NCBI GenBank assembly: GCA_046290465.1
Contig: JBKAGP010000001.1
Coordinates: 4,032,001 to 4,096,000, forward strand
Reading direction: 5' to 3'
DNA from: Planctomycetota bacterium
Lineage (GTDB): Bacteria > Planctomycetota > UBA1135 > UBA2386
DNA length: 64,000 nt
In this document: positions 28,001 through 37,674 of the stretch, piece after piece
Position numbering within the stretch: position 1 is the stretch's first letter
How the letters are laid out: each line of letters starts with the position of its first letter
Made by a program: the position numbers and the translations under genes
The notes under the pieces: generated by a model
The model's database searches: none
What the model was told of the DNA's origin: nothing
The model's input: the letters and a program-made list of their open reading frames with translations, nothing else

Positions 28001-29815
28001 ATGCTCATCCGCTCTCAAGTCGCGCTCGGCGCGCTCGTCGGGCTGCAGGCAACCTGCCTCTGCCAGTCCCCCAACCTGCACATGACGCCGGCACCGTCGA
28101 TCAGCCAGGTGTCGGCCAACATCGTGTTCTCGCTGAGCAACGCGCCACCGAACGGCCCGTTCACGATCTTCGTCGACCTCGACAGCGGACCGGTCGACCT
28201 GCTCGGCGAACGGTTCTACCTCGGCTTCACCAACTCGTTCGTCGCAGCCCAGTGGGGCCAGACCAATGCCCAGGGCACGGCGTTCCGGTCGTCGTTCGTG
28301 CCGCTGTTCCCGGGTGCGTCCGGACTGGTCATCCACGGCCAGGGCGTGGTGCTCGATCCGGCTGCGCCCAACGGCCTGTTCCGCGTCTCCAACGCCGCCA
28401 GCAGCTGCCTGACGACGACCGGCACGGGACTGATCGTGCAGACGTTCGACGGCTCGGTGATCGGCAGCCTGACCGGCAACTACAGCACCGACGTGCCCGG
28501 CCAGGTGCGCGGCGCGCCGGTGACGACCCGCACGGTCCGGACCGTGCTGCCGGGCACGATCCCGTTCAACCAGGGCATCACGTCGCCGCTCGACCCCGAA
28601 GGCTGCCGCGAGCAGGTCGTCTACCGCGCCAGCGACCTCGGCGCGACCGGCGAGCCGGAGCGCATCCTGGCGATGCGCTGGCGCGCGCAGACCGCGGTGC
28701 AGCCCGAGCTCTACCAGAGCTTCACGATCCGGATGGCCCACACGAGCATCACGCCGGACTACACGGTCGACCCGTTCACCGCGCTGCCGACGCAGCCCAA
28801 CAGCGGTCTGGCCGCGGCGTTCGCCGACAACGAGCAGCTCAGCGACCCGTCGGCGGTGGTCTACTCGGGCAACTACGCGATCGATCCGGCGCACGTGCTG
28901 CCGGGCAACTACATGCCGTATCCGATGGCCGCCACGTTCGACTACGACGGCGTGTCGAGCCTGCTGATCGACTTCCGCGCCGGACCGACCGGCAACGCGC
29001 AGGGTCTCAACGGCATGGCGGTCAACCTCGCGCTCGCGAGCTCGTCGCTGCCGGGCGCCCGCTGCGTCGCGGCCGGCACGCCGACCAACCCGATCAACCC
29101 CAACACGGTCGCCGACGGCCTTCCGGACAACGCGATCCCGGACTTCGAGTTCGTGTTCGCGCGGACCACGTCGACGGCACAATCGGCGTGGATCGTGTCC
29201 AACACGAGCAACCTCGACTACGGCACGCCGGTCGTGGCCAAGACCGAACCGCTCGGCACCTCGATCCAGATCGAGTACCGCGGCGGCGACCAGAACGGCA
29301 ACAACCCGACCGCGTGGTCGAGTTCGCCGGACGTCGCCGACGGCCGGCCGGCGCTGCAGTACCGGATCACGTTCGTGTCCAACCACCTGACCGGCGAACG
29401 GCCGCTGATCGACACGCTCGCCATCCCGGTGTTCTCGACCGGCCAGCGTTCCCGACCGGCCGGAGTTCGAGACCCGGCCAGCGTTGGTGCGCCGGCGCTC
29501 CAGACCGGCCGATGCTCCAGGACCGGCCGGCGCCCTAGGACCGGCCGGCGTCCTTGCCCTGGCCGCGCCGCCACCCGTCGACCGCCACGAAGCGATCCTC
29601 CTCAGCGATCCACGCGGTCAGCCGGCCGCCGTAGACGCAGCCGGTGTCGAGACCGATGCACTGCGGGCGCACCACCAGCCCGCGGCGCGCCCAGTGGCCG
29701 AACACCACCCGCTTGCTGCCGCCGTAGAAGTCGTCCCACGGCCGATACGGCGGCCCCGGCGGCGGCCAGTCCTTGGGTGGCTGCGCGCCGTGCTCGTCGC
29801 AGTAGCGCACGTTGA
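28001..29815 (+). CDS. Secreted hypothetical protein; native end probably ~29437
   Basis: Signal peptide and protein-like sequence to ...LIDTLAIPVF, then a low-complexity tail overlapping the convergent gene. Confidence 0.7.
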   Translation: MLIRSQVALGALVGLQATCLCQSPNLHMTPAPSISQVSANIVFSLSNAPPNGPFTIFVDLDSGPVDLLGERFYLGFTNSFVAAQWGQTNAQGTAFRSSFVPLFPGASGLVIHGQGVVLDPAAPNGLFRVSNAASSCLTTTGTGLIVQTFDGSVIGSLTGNYSTDVPGQVRGAPVTTRTVRTVLPGTIPFNQGITSPLDPEGCREQVVYRASDLGATGEPERILAMRWRAQTAVQPELYQSFTIRMAHTSITPDYTVDPFTALPTQPNSGLAAAFADNEQLSDPSAVVYSGNYAIDPAHVLPGNYMPYPMAATFDYDGVSSLLIDFRAGPTGNAQGLNGMAVNLALASSSLPGARCVAAGTPTNPINPNTVADGLPDNAIPDFEFVFARTTSTAQSAWIVSNTSNLDYGTPVVAKTEPLGTSIQIEYRGGDQNGNNPTAWSSSPDVADGRPALQYRITFVSNHLTGERPLIDTLAIPVFSTGQRSRPAGVRDPASVGAPALQTGRCSRTGRRPRTGRRPCPGRAATRRPPRSDPPQRSTRSAGRRRRSRCRDRCTAGAPPARGAPSGRTPPACCRRRSRPTADTAAPAAASPWVAARRARRSSAR

Positions 29816-30179
29816 CGGCGTAGTGCACGTCGTCCGGATCGAGCGCGGCGAGCCGCTGCTCGTCCCACGCCGGATGCAGTCCCGCATGAACGGCGATCAG
29901 GTCGTCGTAGATGCGCACGATCGGCTGCGCGCGCAGCCACGCGAGGTGCCGCCCCTTGGCCTTGCCCTTGGCGAGCCAGTGCAGGTCGTGGTTGCCGAGC
30001 ACCGGGTGCGCATCGAGCTGCATCAACAGATCGAGCACGCCGTCCGAGTCCGGCCCCTTGTTGACGAGGTCTCCGACCGGCACCAGCCGATCGCGACCGA
30101 GCACGAACCCGACCGCGTCGAGCAGCTGCTGCAGCGGGCCGAGGCAGCCCTGGATGTCACCGACGAAGATCCTTCGCAT
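29535..30179 (-). CDS. Metallophosphoesterase (ApaH/PrpE-like)
   Basis: GDIQG, GDLVNKGP, GNHD, VHAG, FGHW, GLDTGCVYGG. Confidence 0.9.
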   Translation of the reverse strand: MRRIFVGDIQGCLGPLQQLLDAVGFVLGRDRLVPVGDLVNKGPDSDGVLDLLMQLDAHPVLGNHDLHWLAKGKAKGRHLAWLRAQPIVRIYDDLIAVHAGLHPAWDEQRLAALDPDDVHYAVNVRYCDEHGAQPPKDWPPPGPPYRPWDDFYGGSKRVVFGHWARRGLVVRPQCIGLDTGCVYGGRLTAWIAEEDRFVAVDGWRRGQGKDAGRS

Positions 30180-30250
30180 GTTGCGCGTTCGCAGGGCATT
30201 GTTCCGCCTGACGTCCGGGGCACAACGCTCGTCCCGGCGCAGTTGCGTTC

Positions 30251-31807
30251 ATGACCCGCCTCGTCCGCGCCGCCACCTCGATCTCCGCGATCACGCTGCT
30301 GTCGCGCATCCTCGGTCTGGTCCGCGACCGACTGATGGCGCAGACGCTCGGCGCGGGCTGGGTGCAGGGCACGTTCTTGCTGGCGTGGACGTTGCCCAAC
30401 CTGATGCGGCGGCTGCTCGGCGAAGGCGCGCTGTCGGCCTCACTGGTGCCACACTACGCCCGGCTGCGCAAGCAGGACGAACCAGCGGCGAAGCGGTTGC
30501 TCGAGGACGTCGCCGGCACGGTCGTGACGATCCTGACGCCGGTCTGCCTGCTGGTCGCGATGGCCAGCCTGGTGGTGCCGTCGTCGTGGCTGCCGGTCCC
30601 GGATGAAGGCGGACCCGAGGCGATCCGGCTGCTGCTGGCGCTCAACGCGATCCTGTTCGTCTACGCGCTGCCGATCTGCCTGGCGGCGGTCGCGACCGGC
30701 GCACTCAACACGATCGGGGTGTTCGCCCTGCCGGCGTCGATCCCGGTCGCACTCAACATCATCTGGATCGCCGCGCTGGTCGCGGCCCGGCCGCTCGGCT
30801 TCGAGGTCGACACCGAGGTCGCGACGTTCGCGGCGTGGAGCCTGATGGTCGGCGGCTTCGTGCAGCTGATGATGGTGCTGCTGCCGCTGTGGAAGCGGCG
30901 CGAGTTCGGGCGGCCGCGACTCGGCCTGCCCAAGCGCGGCACGGCGGCGTTCGCGGTGTTCGCGGCGATGGGACCAACCGTGCTCGGCATGTCGCTCAAC
31001 CAGATCAGCAGCCTGATCGACCAGCTGCTGGCCTACTACCTGATCTCGCCCGGCGCCAACGTCTACGTCTACCTCGCCAACCGCCTGCTGCTGTTTCCGC
31101 ACGCGCTGACCGCGATGGCGGTCGCGGTGGCGGTGTTCCCCAAGCTCGCCAGCGAAGCCGACGACGCCGGCCGCGCCAGGATGCGGCGCACGCTCGACCT
31201 CGCCGCCGCGGCCACCATCCTGGTCACGCTGCCCGCAGCGATGGGCCTGATCCTGCTCGCCGAGGACGTCGTCGAGGTGCTGTTCGTCGGTGGTCGGTTC
31301 GTCGCCGAGGACGTGCCGCCGACGGTGTTGACGACGTCGTGCCTGGTCGCCGGGCTGCCGTTCCTCGGGCTGGCGCAGCTGTATGCGCGGGCCTTCTACG
31401 CGGTCGGCGACACGTCGACGCCGGCGCGCACCGCGGCGCAGCTGGTGGTCGCCAACGTGATGATCAGCGTGACGCTGCTGCTGACCACCGAACTCGGCAC
31501 CGCCGCGCTGACGCTGGCCAGCAGCATCACGTCGTTCGGCAACGCGGCGATCCTGTCGCGCCGGTTCCGCCGCCACGCGCCGCCCGAACACAACCTCGGC
31601 ATGGCCTGGCTGCGCTCGCTGCTGGCGACCGGCGCGATGTGCGCGGTGGTGCCGTTCTGCCGGCTGGTCGACGACGACGCCCCGCTGCTCCAACGGGCGA
31701 CCGGCAACCTGGCGCTGCCGATCGGCGCCGGCATGCTCGCCTACATCGCCGCGCACCTGCTGATGCGCTCGCCGGAGCTGCGGGCGCTGCGCAAGAAGCG
31801 GAGCTAG
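30251..31807 (+). CDS. murJ: Lipid II flippase MurJ/MviN
   Basis: TLLSRILGLVRD, LPNLMRRLLGEGAL, RAFYAVGDTSTP; multi-TM. Confidence 0.92.
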   Translation: MTRLVRAATSISAITLLSRILGLVRDRLMAQTLGAGWVQGTFLLAWTLPNLMRRLLGEGALSASLVPHYARLRKQDEPAAKRLLEDVAGTVVTILTPVCLLVAMASLVVPSSWLPVPDEGGPEAIRLLLALNAILFVYALPICLAAVATGALNTIGVFALPASIPVALNIIWIAALVAARPLGFEVDTEVATFAAWSLMVGGFVQLMMVLLPLWKRREFGRPRLGLPKRGTAAFAVFAAMGPTVLGMSLNQISSLIDQLLAYYLISPGANVYVYLANRLLLFPHALTAMAVAVAVFPKLASEADDAGRARMRRTLDLAAAATILVTLPAAMGLILLAEDVVEVLFVGGRFVAEDVPPTVLTTSCLVAGLPFLGLAQLYARAFYAVGDTSTPARTAAQLVVANVMISVTLLLTTELGTAALTLASSITSFGNAAILSRRFRRHAPPEHNLGMAWLRSLLATGAMCAVVPFCRLVDDDAPLLQRATGNLALPIGAGMLAYIAAHLLMRSPELRALRKKRS

Positions 31808-31879
31808 CCGGGTTCGGGCTGGTGAACCGGCCAGGGGCCGCGGCTAGACTGCGCCGGGCCGCCCGCCCGACCGCCGCCC

Positions 31880-32866
31880 GTGCCTTTGCCCTCCTCAGAC
31901 CCGCCGTCGCCGCCCCAGGACGACTCCGCGCGCACGAAATACAGCGTCGTCATCCCGGTGTTCAACAGCGAGGCGATCGTCGGCGACACCATCGACCGCA
32001 CCTGCGCGTTCTTCGACGCGCAGGGTCTCGACCTCGAGCTGATCCTCGTCAACGACGGCAGCCGCGATCGCAGCTGGCAGGTGATCGCCGAGAAGGCGCG
32101 CCAGGACCGGCGCATCGTCGCGATCGACCTGCTGCGCAACAGTGGCCAGCACACCGCCAACTACTGCGGCTTCCAGCACGCGACCGGCGACTTCGTGGTC
32201 ACGATGGACGACGACCTGCAGAACCCACCCGAGGAGATCGCGCACCTGATCGGCAAGGCCGCCGAAGGGCACGACCTGGTGATGGGCCGCTTCCGCCAGA
32301 AGCGCCATTCGCTGTTCCGCCGCTGGGGCAGCGACCTGATCCTGACGATCAACCGCCGCATCTTCCACCAGCCAAGGGACCTGGTGGCGAGCAACTTCCG
32401 CCTGATCCGGCGCGACGTGGTCGACCGCATCTGCGGCTACCGGACGGCCTTTCCGTACATCACCGGCCTGGCGCTGATGTTCGCGCACAGCCCGGCCAAC
32501 GTCGACGTCGAGCACCACCCCCGCGCGGTCGGCCAGAGCAACTACAGCCTGCTGCGCATCGTCACGCTGGTGATGCGCATCCTGTTCAGCTACTCGTCGT
32601 TCCCGCTGCGCTTCGTCGCCACCACCGGCGTCGTCGTCGCCGCCGGCAGCTTTGCGCTCGGTTCGTTCTACATCGTCAAGAGCCTGTTCGGTAACGTCGC
32701 GGTCGCCGGTTGGACGACGCTCGTGGTGTTGCTGTCGTTCTTCAACGGCGTGACGCTGATGATCCTCGGCATGCTCGGCGAATACGTGATCCGCCTGCTC
32801 CAACAAACCTCGACCGACCGCGGCTACCACGTCCGCCAGATCGTGACGCGTGACAGCGACTCCTGA
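31880..32866 (+). CDS. GT2 glycosyltransferase (GtrB/ArnC-like)
   Basis: SVVIPVFN, VNDGSRD, TMDDDLQNPPE, two C-terminal TMs. Confidence 0.9.
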   Translation: MPLPSSDPPSPPQDDSARTKYSVVIPVFNSEAIVGDTIDRTCAFFDAQGLDLELILVNDGSRDRSWQVIAEKARQDRRIVAIDLLRNSGQHTANYCGFQHATGDFVVTMDDDLQNPPEEIAHLIGKAAEGHDLVMGRFRQKRHSLFRRWGSDLILTINRRIFHQPRDLVASNFRLIRRDVVDRICGYRTAFPYITGLALMFAHSPANVDVEHHPRAVGQSNYSLLRIVTLVMRILFSYSSFPLRFVATTGVVVAAGSFALGSFYIVKSLFGNVAVAGWTTLVVLLSFFNGVTLMILGMLGEYVIRLLQQTSTDRGYHVRQIVTRDSDS

Positions 32867-33641
32867 GCACTTCTTCGTCGTCGGCGCGCAGCGATCGGGC
32901 ACGACCTATCTCCACCGCGCACTCGAGGCGCACCCGGAGATCGAGATGGCGAGCCCGGCGCGGCCGGAGCCCAAGTACTTCCTCGCGCGCGACCATCGCG
33001 AAGGCGACCGCGCGGACTACGAACGGCGGTTCTTCGACGCAGCGTGCCGCGCCAGGGTGCGCGGCGAGAAGTCGACCAGCTACCTCGGATCGGAGCTGGC
33101 TGCGCGGCGCATCCACGCGGCCTACCCCGACGCCCGCATCGTGATGGTGCTGCGCGAGCCGGTCGCGCGCGCGCTGTCCAACCACCGCTTCAGCACCGAG
33201 CACGGCTTCGAAACGCTGCCGGCCTGGGAGGCGTTCGAGCGCGAGGAGGAGCGGCGCGACGCCTACGACGCGTCGGCGGTGTCGGCGTCGCCGTTCGCCT
33301 ACCTGCAGCGCAGTCGCTACATCGACTCGGTGCAGGTCTACGAACGGATCTTCGGCCGGGCGCGGCTGTGCATCCTGCTCTACGAACAGCTGATCGCCAG
33401 CATCGCACCGCTGCAGCGCCTCTACGGCTTCCTCGGCGTCGACCCGACGTTCGCAGCGCCGCGCCGCGGCGAGATCGTCAACGCGACGCCCGAACCGACC
33501 AGCTGGCTGACCGACGAGCAGCGTCGCCTGCTGCAACGACGATTCCGCGTGCCCAACGAGCAGTTGGCGAGCCGCTACGGCCTCGACCTGTCGTGTTGGG
33601 AGACGTCGCGCGACGTCGCCCGACACGCGGACGCCACGTGA
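32850..33641 (+). CDS. Sulfotransferase
   Basis: VVGAQRSGTT (5'-PSB), GEKST, LREPVARALS (3'-PB). Confidence 0.9.
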   Translation: MTATPEHFFVVGAQRSGTTYLHRALEAHPEIEMASPARPEPKYFLARDHREGDRADYERRFFDAACRARVRGEKSTSYLGSELAARRIHAAYPDARIVMVLREPVARALSNHRFSTEHGFETLPAWEAFEREEERRDAYDASAVSASPFAYLQRSRYIDSVQVYERIFGRARLCILLYEQLIASIAPLQRLYGFLGVDPTFAAPRRGEIVNATPEPTSWLTDEQRRLLQRRFRVPNEQLASRYGLDLSCWETSRDVARHADAT

Positions 33642-35194
33642 TGCGCACGGCGGTTGCGATCAGCGTGCTCGCGTTCGCGCTGCTGGCGGCGGGCATGTTC
33701 GTGACGCAGGCATCCAACTGGCACGTCATCGGCGGCTCCGACAACGCGTTCCTGGCCGAGTGCCTCGACAACATCGCCGAACGCGGCCTGCCCTACACGT
33801 CGGTCAACCGGGCGTCGCACCGCTACATCACGTTGCTGCACGACTTCGCCGAGGTCGACGACTTCTCGGAGGCGGTGGCGCCGGCGCCGCCGCACGAGAT
33901 CAACCAGTTCCATCGTCACAGCTACGTGGCGCTGTACCTGCTGGCGCCGTTCACGAAGTGGTTCGATCCGGCGATGGTGCTGACCGCGGCGAAGACGCTG
34001 TCGCTGACCGCGCTGGTCGCGCTCGGCTTCGTGCTGTTGCTGCGCCGCTCCGGCAGGCCGTGGCATGCCCTGGCGTTCGCCGCGCTGGTCGTCGCGCACC
34101 CGTTCTTCATGCACTGCCTGAGCTGGCAGGTCTACGTCGACTTCCTGTTCCTGCCGGCCGGCTTCCTGCTGTGCATCGGCCTGCGAACTCGGCCCGGCTC
34201 CTGGTCGACGCTGCTGCTGGCCCTGCTGTGCTGCCTGGTCTGCGAGAAGTTCATCTTCGTCACCGCGCTGCTGACCGGCACGTTCGCACTGCTGTTCCAC
34301 CGCGGCAGGACCCGCAGGTCGATGGTGTATGCGGCCGGCGGCCTGCTCGTGCTGTTCCTGGTCGTGTCGCGAACGGCGCGGTGGATCGAGCCGGACTACT
34401 CGGTGCGGCCACACTACCAGTATGGAACCTGGCTCGAGATCCTGCTGAGCGCCGGCTCGCTGCGCAACTCGGCCACGCTGCTGTTCGTCAGCTTCGCCGT
34501 CTACGTGCCGCTGCTGCTGCGTGACCGGCGACTGATCGCGCTGCTGCTGGTCGCGCTGCTGCCCAACCTGCTCGGCTCGGTCGGCGGTGCCGAGAAGATC
34601 GGCTGGCCGACGCACTACCACATCACCTACTTCCCGGTGCTCGCCTTTGCGCTCTACGAGGCGCTGGCGCTGCGCGCGCGCGACGGCGGCGCCCGCTCGC
34701 CGGCCGGCATGCTCGCCTTCGGGTCGGGGCTGCTGCTGGCCACCTGCCATCCGCTGGTCGTCGACGTGCGCAACGTGCCCGACGGATGGCAGACCTCGAC
34801 CAGCTCGCAGTGGTTCGTGCTGCAGTGCGCCGAGGTCCAGCAGCGGCACGCGGCGTCCGAGCCGACGCTCGCGCACCTGCGCGCGCTCGCCGAGAAGGTC
34901 CCGGCAGGCTCCAGGCTGTCGGTATCGGCCAACCTCGCGACCACGCTCTATCCGGGCCGCTCGCTCGACTTCTTCCCGATCGGCATCGAGCAGGCCGACC
35001 TGCTGGTGCTGTACGCGACCGACTACCGACGCGACGAGCGAGGCGTGAGCCTGGTGCTGCCGCCGTTCTCGACGGACGAACAGGCGAACCGACGCTTCGC
35101 ACGGTTCGTGCAGGAGCGCAGTTCCGAGCGCTTCGACCTCGACCGGCCCGAGGCCTTCGGACCGTGGCTGCTGTTCTCGCGCCGCACCGACTGA
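33641..35194 (+). CDS. Polytopic membrane protein, GT-C/DUF2079-like
   Basis: ATG 33641 coupled to the upstream stop; many TM helices. Confidence 0.7.
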   Translation: MRTAVAISVLAFALLAAGMFVTQASNWHVIGGSDNAFLAECLDNIAERGLPYTSVNRASHRYITLLHDFAEVDDFSEAVAPAPPHEINQFHRHSYVALYLLAPFTKWFDPAMVLTAAKTLSLTALVALGFVLLLRRSGRPWHALAFAALVVAHPFFMHCLSWQVYVDFLFLPAGFLLCIGLRTRPGSWSTLLLALLCCLVCEKFIFVTALLTGTFALLFHRGRTRRSMVYAAGGLLVLFLVVSRTARWIEPDYSVRPHYQYGTWLEILLSAGSLRNSATLLFVSFAVYVPLLLRDRRLIALLLVALLPNLLGSVGGAEKIGWPTHYHITYFPVLAFALYEALALRARDGGARSPAGMLAFGSGLLLATCHPLVVDVRNVPDGWQTSTSSQWFVLQCAEVQQRHAASEPTLAHLRALAEKVPAGSRLSVSANLATTLYPGRSLDFFPIGIEQADLLVLYATDYRRDERGVSLVLPPFSTDEQANRRFARFVQERSSERFDLDRPEAFGPWLLFSRRTD

Positions 35195-35198
35195 CGCG

Positions 35199-35765
35199 CT
35201 ACTCGATGCGCTCGAACTCGAGGTAGGTCCGCAGCCCCTGCATCACCCGCAGGCCGCCGTGGATCGGCTCGATGCGCCGCACCTCCTGCTTGCCGTCGGC
35301 CGCGAAGTGCAGGTCGCCCTCGCTGTCGGTGAACCAGTCGAGCCGCGCCGTGGTGCGCATGCCGTCCCGCACCTCGCGCCATTCGCGCACCGCCGAGTGC
35401 ACCAGCGGGTGCTGCTCCTCCGGCCCCGACGATGCCAGGTTCAAGAACAGGTGGCGGCCGGTCAGCGCCAGGTAGCCCTTGCTCGGCTTGGCGTCGGGGA
35501 TGCCGTTGATGACGCGCCGCGTCAGCTTGTAGACGCCCTCGTACGGGTGGCGCTTCGGCTTGCCGGGGATTGGCTTCTGGCTGGCCTCGGTGCGGGACGG
35601 TTGCTGCCCGGCTGGCTTCGCGGCCGGCTGTGGCTCCTGCTGGGGGTCCTGCTGGGGGTCCTGCTGCGGAGCCGGCTGGGGGGCCGGCTTCGGGTCCTGC
35701 AACGACACGCCGGCGGTCAGGCAGAGCAACAACAGGGTCGACGTCGTTCGCATGGTGATCCTCAT
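35199..35765 (-). CDS. Secreted hypothetical protein with PQQD repeats
   Basis: Signal peptide, Pro/Gln linker, compact C-terminal domain; ATGA overlap with upstream gene. Confidence 0.7.
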   Translation of the reverse strand: MRITMRTTSTLLLLCLTAGVSLQDPKPAPQPAPQQDPQQDPQQEPQPAAKPAGQQPSRTEASQKPIPGKPKRHPYEGVYKLTRRVINGIPDAKPSKGYLALTGRHLFLNLASSGPEEQHPLVHSAVREWREVRDGMRTTARLDWFTDSEGDLHFAADGKQEVRRIEPIHGGLRVMQGLRTYLEFERIE

Positions 35766-36979
35766 CGTTCGAGCACGATCTCGACGCGTTCGTAGGTGCG
35801 CCCGGCCTCGAGGTCGAGCGTGCGCGCCGACAGCCACGGCTTGGCGCGGCGTCGTTTGGGCTGCCACTGCGCGACCAGGCGATCCTGGCCGGGCAGCACG
35901 TTCTGCAGTTCGAAGGCGCCGTCGTCGTCGGTGCGCACGGCGCGCTGCCGGCCGAACCACACCAGCGCACGGGGCATCGGCTCGAGGTTCTCGCCGAGCA
36001 CGCGGCCGCGCACGATCGCCCCGCGCACCACGCGCACCTCGATCTCACCGTCGCGTTCGGTGCGCACGTCGGTCTGTGCCGCGAGCGGCGGCAGGCCGTA
36101 GACCACGATGCGGGCCTCGACGTCCGGCGGGATGTGGTCGAACACGAACGTGCCGTCGTCGGCTGGCCGCGCCTCGACGCCCGGCAGGCCGCGCGCGAGC
36201 AGCAGCAGGTCGGCAGGCTTCAGGTCGACGCCTTGCTCGACGACCACCCGGCCGCGCCGCGGCGGCACCCGCGTCATCGTCAGGATCGCACGTTCGCCAG
36301 CGTGCTCGGACAGCGCCTCGATGCGCTGGTGCACCAGCTCGAAGCCCGGAGCGCGCAACCGCAGGCCGAGCGCATCGAGCTCGCCGTCGAATCCGGACAC
36401 GGTGAAGTGGCCCTGCTCGTCGGTGCGCGTGCGCGCGAGATCGACGCCGTGTTCGCCACCGCCCATCACGACCACCTCGGCGTCGGCGATCGGCAGGTAG
36501 CCGTCGCACCGCCAACCCATGCACCAGTACTGCAGCGGCTCGCCGACGCGCCCGCTGAGCGTCGTCGGGGCGCGCAGCTCGATCGTCGGCGGCTGCTTGC
36601 CGAGCTCCACGTAGGCAAACCCCGCGCCGACGCCTTCGCCCTGGTAGCGCAGCACGCTGCGCTCGGGCACCAGGTCGCTGCCGACCGTCAGCGCGTCGCC
36701 GCCGGTGAGCGTGGTGGTGCCGAGCGGCGGCGGCGGCGACGGCGCGGCGAACGCCATCTGCTCCGGGAAGAACGTCAGCTCCAGCTCGGGCATCGCGGCG
36801 ACGTGCGCGAAGCCGATGGTGACGTGCCGTTCGGCGTAGTAGCGCATCCCGTACCACGCGCCGGCGCAAGCGGCGGCGAGCGCCAGCACGATTGCGAACG
36901 GCCGCCACCGGCGCGGCGGCGGGGTCCTTCGTCGAGGTCGAGGGGTTGCCACGGCACAGACGATACCGTTCGCTGCCAT
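35762..36979 (-). CDS. Membrane-anchored carboxypeptidase-regulatory-like domain protein
   Basis: N-terminal TM; repeated TDEQGHF / DDGTF / TDDDGAF units. Confidence 0.75.
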   Translation of the reverse strand: MAANGIVCAVATPRPRRRTPPPRRWRPFAIVLALAAACAGAWYGMRYYAERHVTIGFAHVAAMPELELTFFPEQMAFAAPSPPPPLGTTTLTGGDALTVGSDLVPERSVLRYQGEGVGAGFAYVELGKQPPTIELRAPTTLSGRVGEPLQYWCMGWRCDGYLPIADAEVVVMGGGEHGVDLARTRTDEQGHFTVSGFDGELDALGLRLRAPGFELVHQRIEALSEHAGERAILTMTRVPPRRGRVVVEQGVDLKPADLLLLARGLPGVEARPADDGTFVFDHIPPDVEARIVVYGLPPLAAQTDVRTERDGEIEVRVVRGAIVRGRVLGENLEPMPRALVWFGRQRAVRTDDDGAFELQNVLPGQDRLVAQWQPKRRRAKPWLSARTLDLEAGRTYERVEIVLER

Positions 36980-36981
36980 CC

Positions 36982-37479
36982 ATGTGGATCTACCTGCTCC
37001 GCCACGGCATCGCCGAAGACCACCGGCCGGATCGACCGGACGAGGACCGCGAGCTCACCGACGAGGGCAGAAAGCGCCTGCAGCGTGCCGGTGGGACCTG
37101 GAAGCAGCTCGTGCACACGCCGGACGTCGTGATGACGAGCCCGCTGAAGCGCGCGCGCCAGACCGCGGACGTGTTCGCCGACGCGATCGGGTTCGACGGC
37201 GACCTGCACGTCGACGCCGGTCTGGTGCCGAGCGCGATGACGACCCAGGCGATGACCCTGCTCGAGGGCGAGATGCTGGCGCAGACCGACAGCGTGGTCG
37301 TGATCGGCCATGAGCCCCACCTCGGCTACCTGCTCGGCATGCTGCTGACCGGCAACCCGGGCCTGTCGATCCCGCTCAAGAAGGGCATGATCGTCGGCGT
37401 GCAGACCGAGACGCCGACCAGCCTGATCGCGAGCCTGCGCTTCGCGATCGGCCAGAAGGCCGCCGCGAAGCTCGGCTAG
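36982..37479 (+). CDS. sixA: Phosphohistidine phosphatase SixA
   Basis: YLLRHG, RELTDEG, SPLKRARQTA, GHEP. Confidence 0.88.
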   Translation: MWIYLLRHGIAEDHRPDRPDEDRELTDEGRKRLQRAGGTWKQLVHTPDVVMTSPLKRARQTADVFADAIGFDGDLHVDAGLVPSAMTTQAMTLLEGEMLAQTDSVVVIGHEPHLGYLLGMLLTGNPGLSIPLKKGMIVGVQTETPTSLIASLRFAIGQKAAAKLG

Positions 37480-37645
37480 TGGGCAAAGCCCCGTCCGCAC
37501 GCGCACACGCCGCTTCCGCGATCACGGTCAGCAGCGCGTCCACTACATGGACGCGCTCCTAGCGGGCAAAGCCCCGCCCGCACGCATACACGCCGCTTCC
37601 GCGATCAGGGTTGGCAGCGCGTCCACTTCATGGACGCGCTCCTAG
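37476..37645. repeat. Two tandem 83-bp units with REP-like hairpins
   Basis: CTAG at 37476/37559/37642; each unit ends AGCGCGTCCA-N5-TGGACGCGCT-CCTAG. Confidence 0.85.
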
Positions 37646-37674
37646 AGGACTGGTAGCGATCGACGCGCGCGGGA

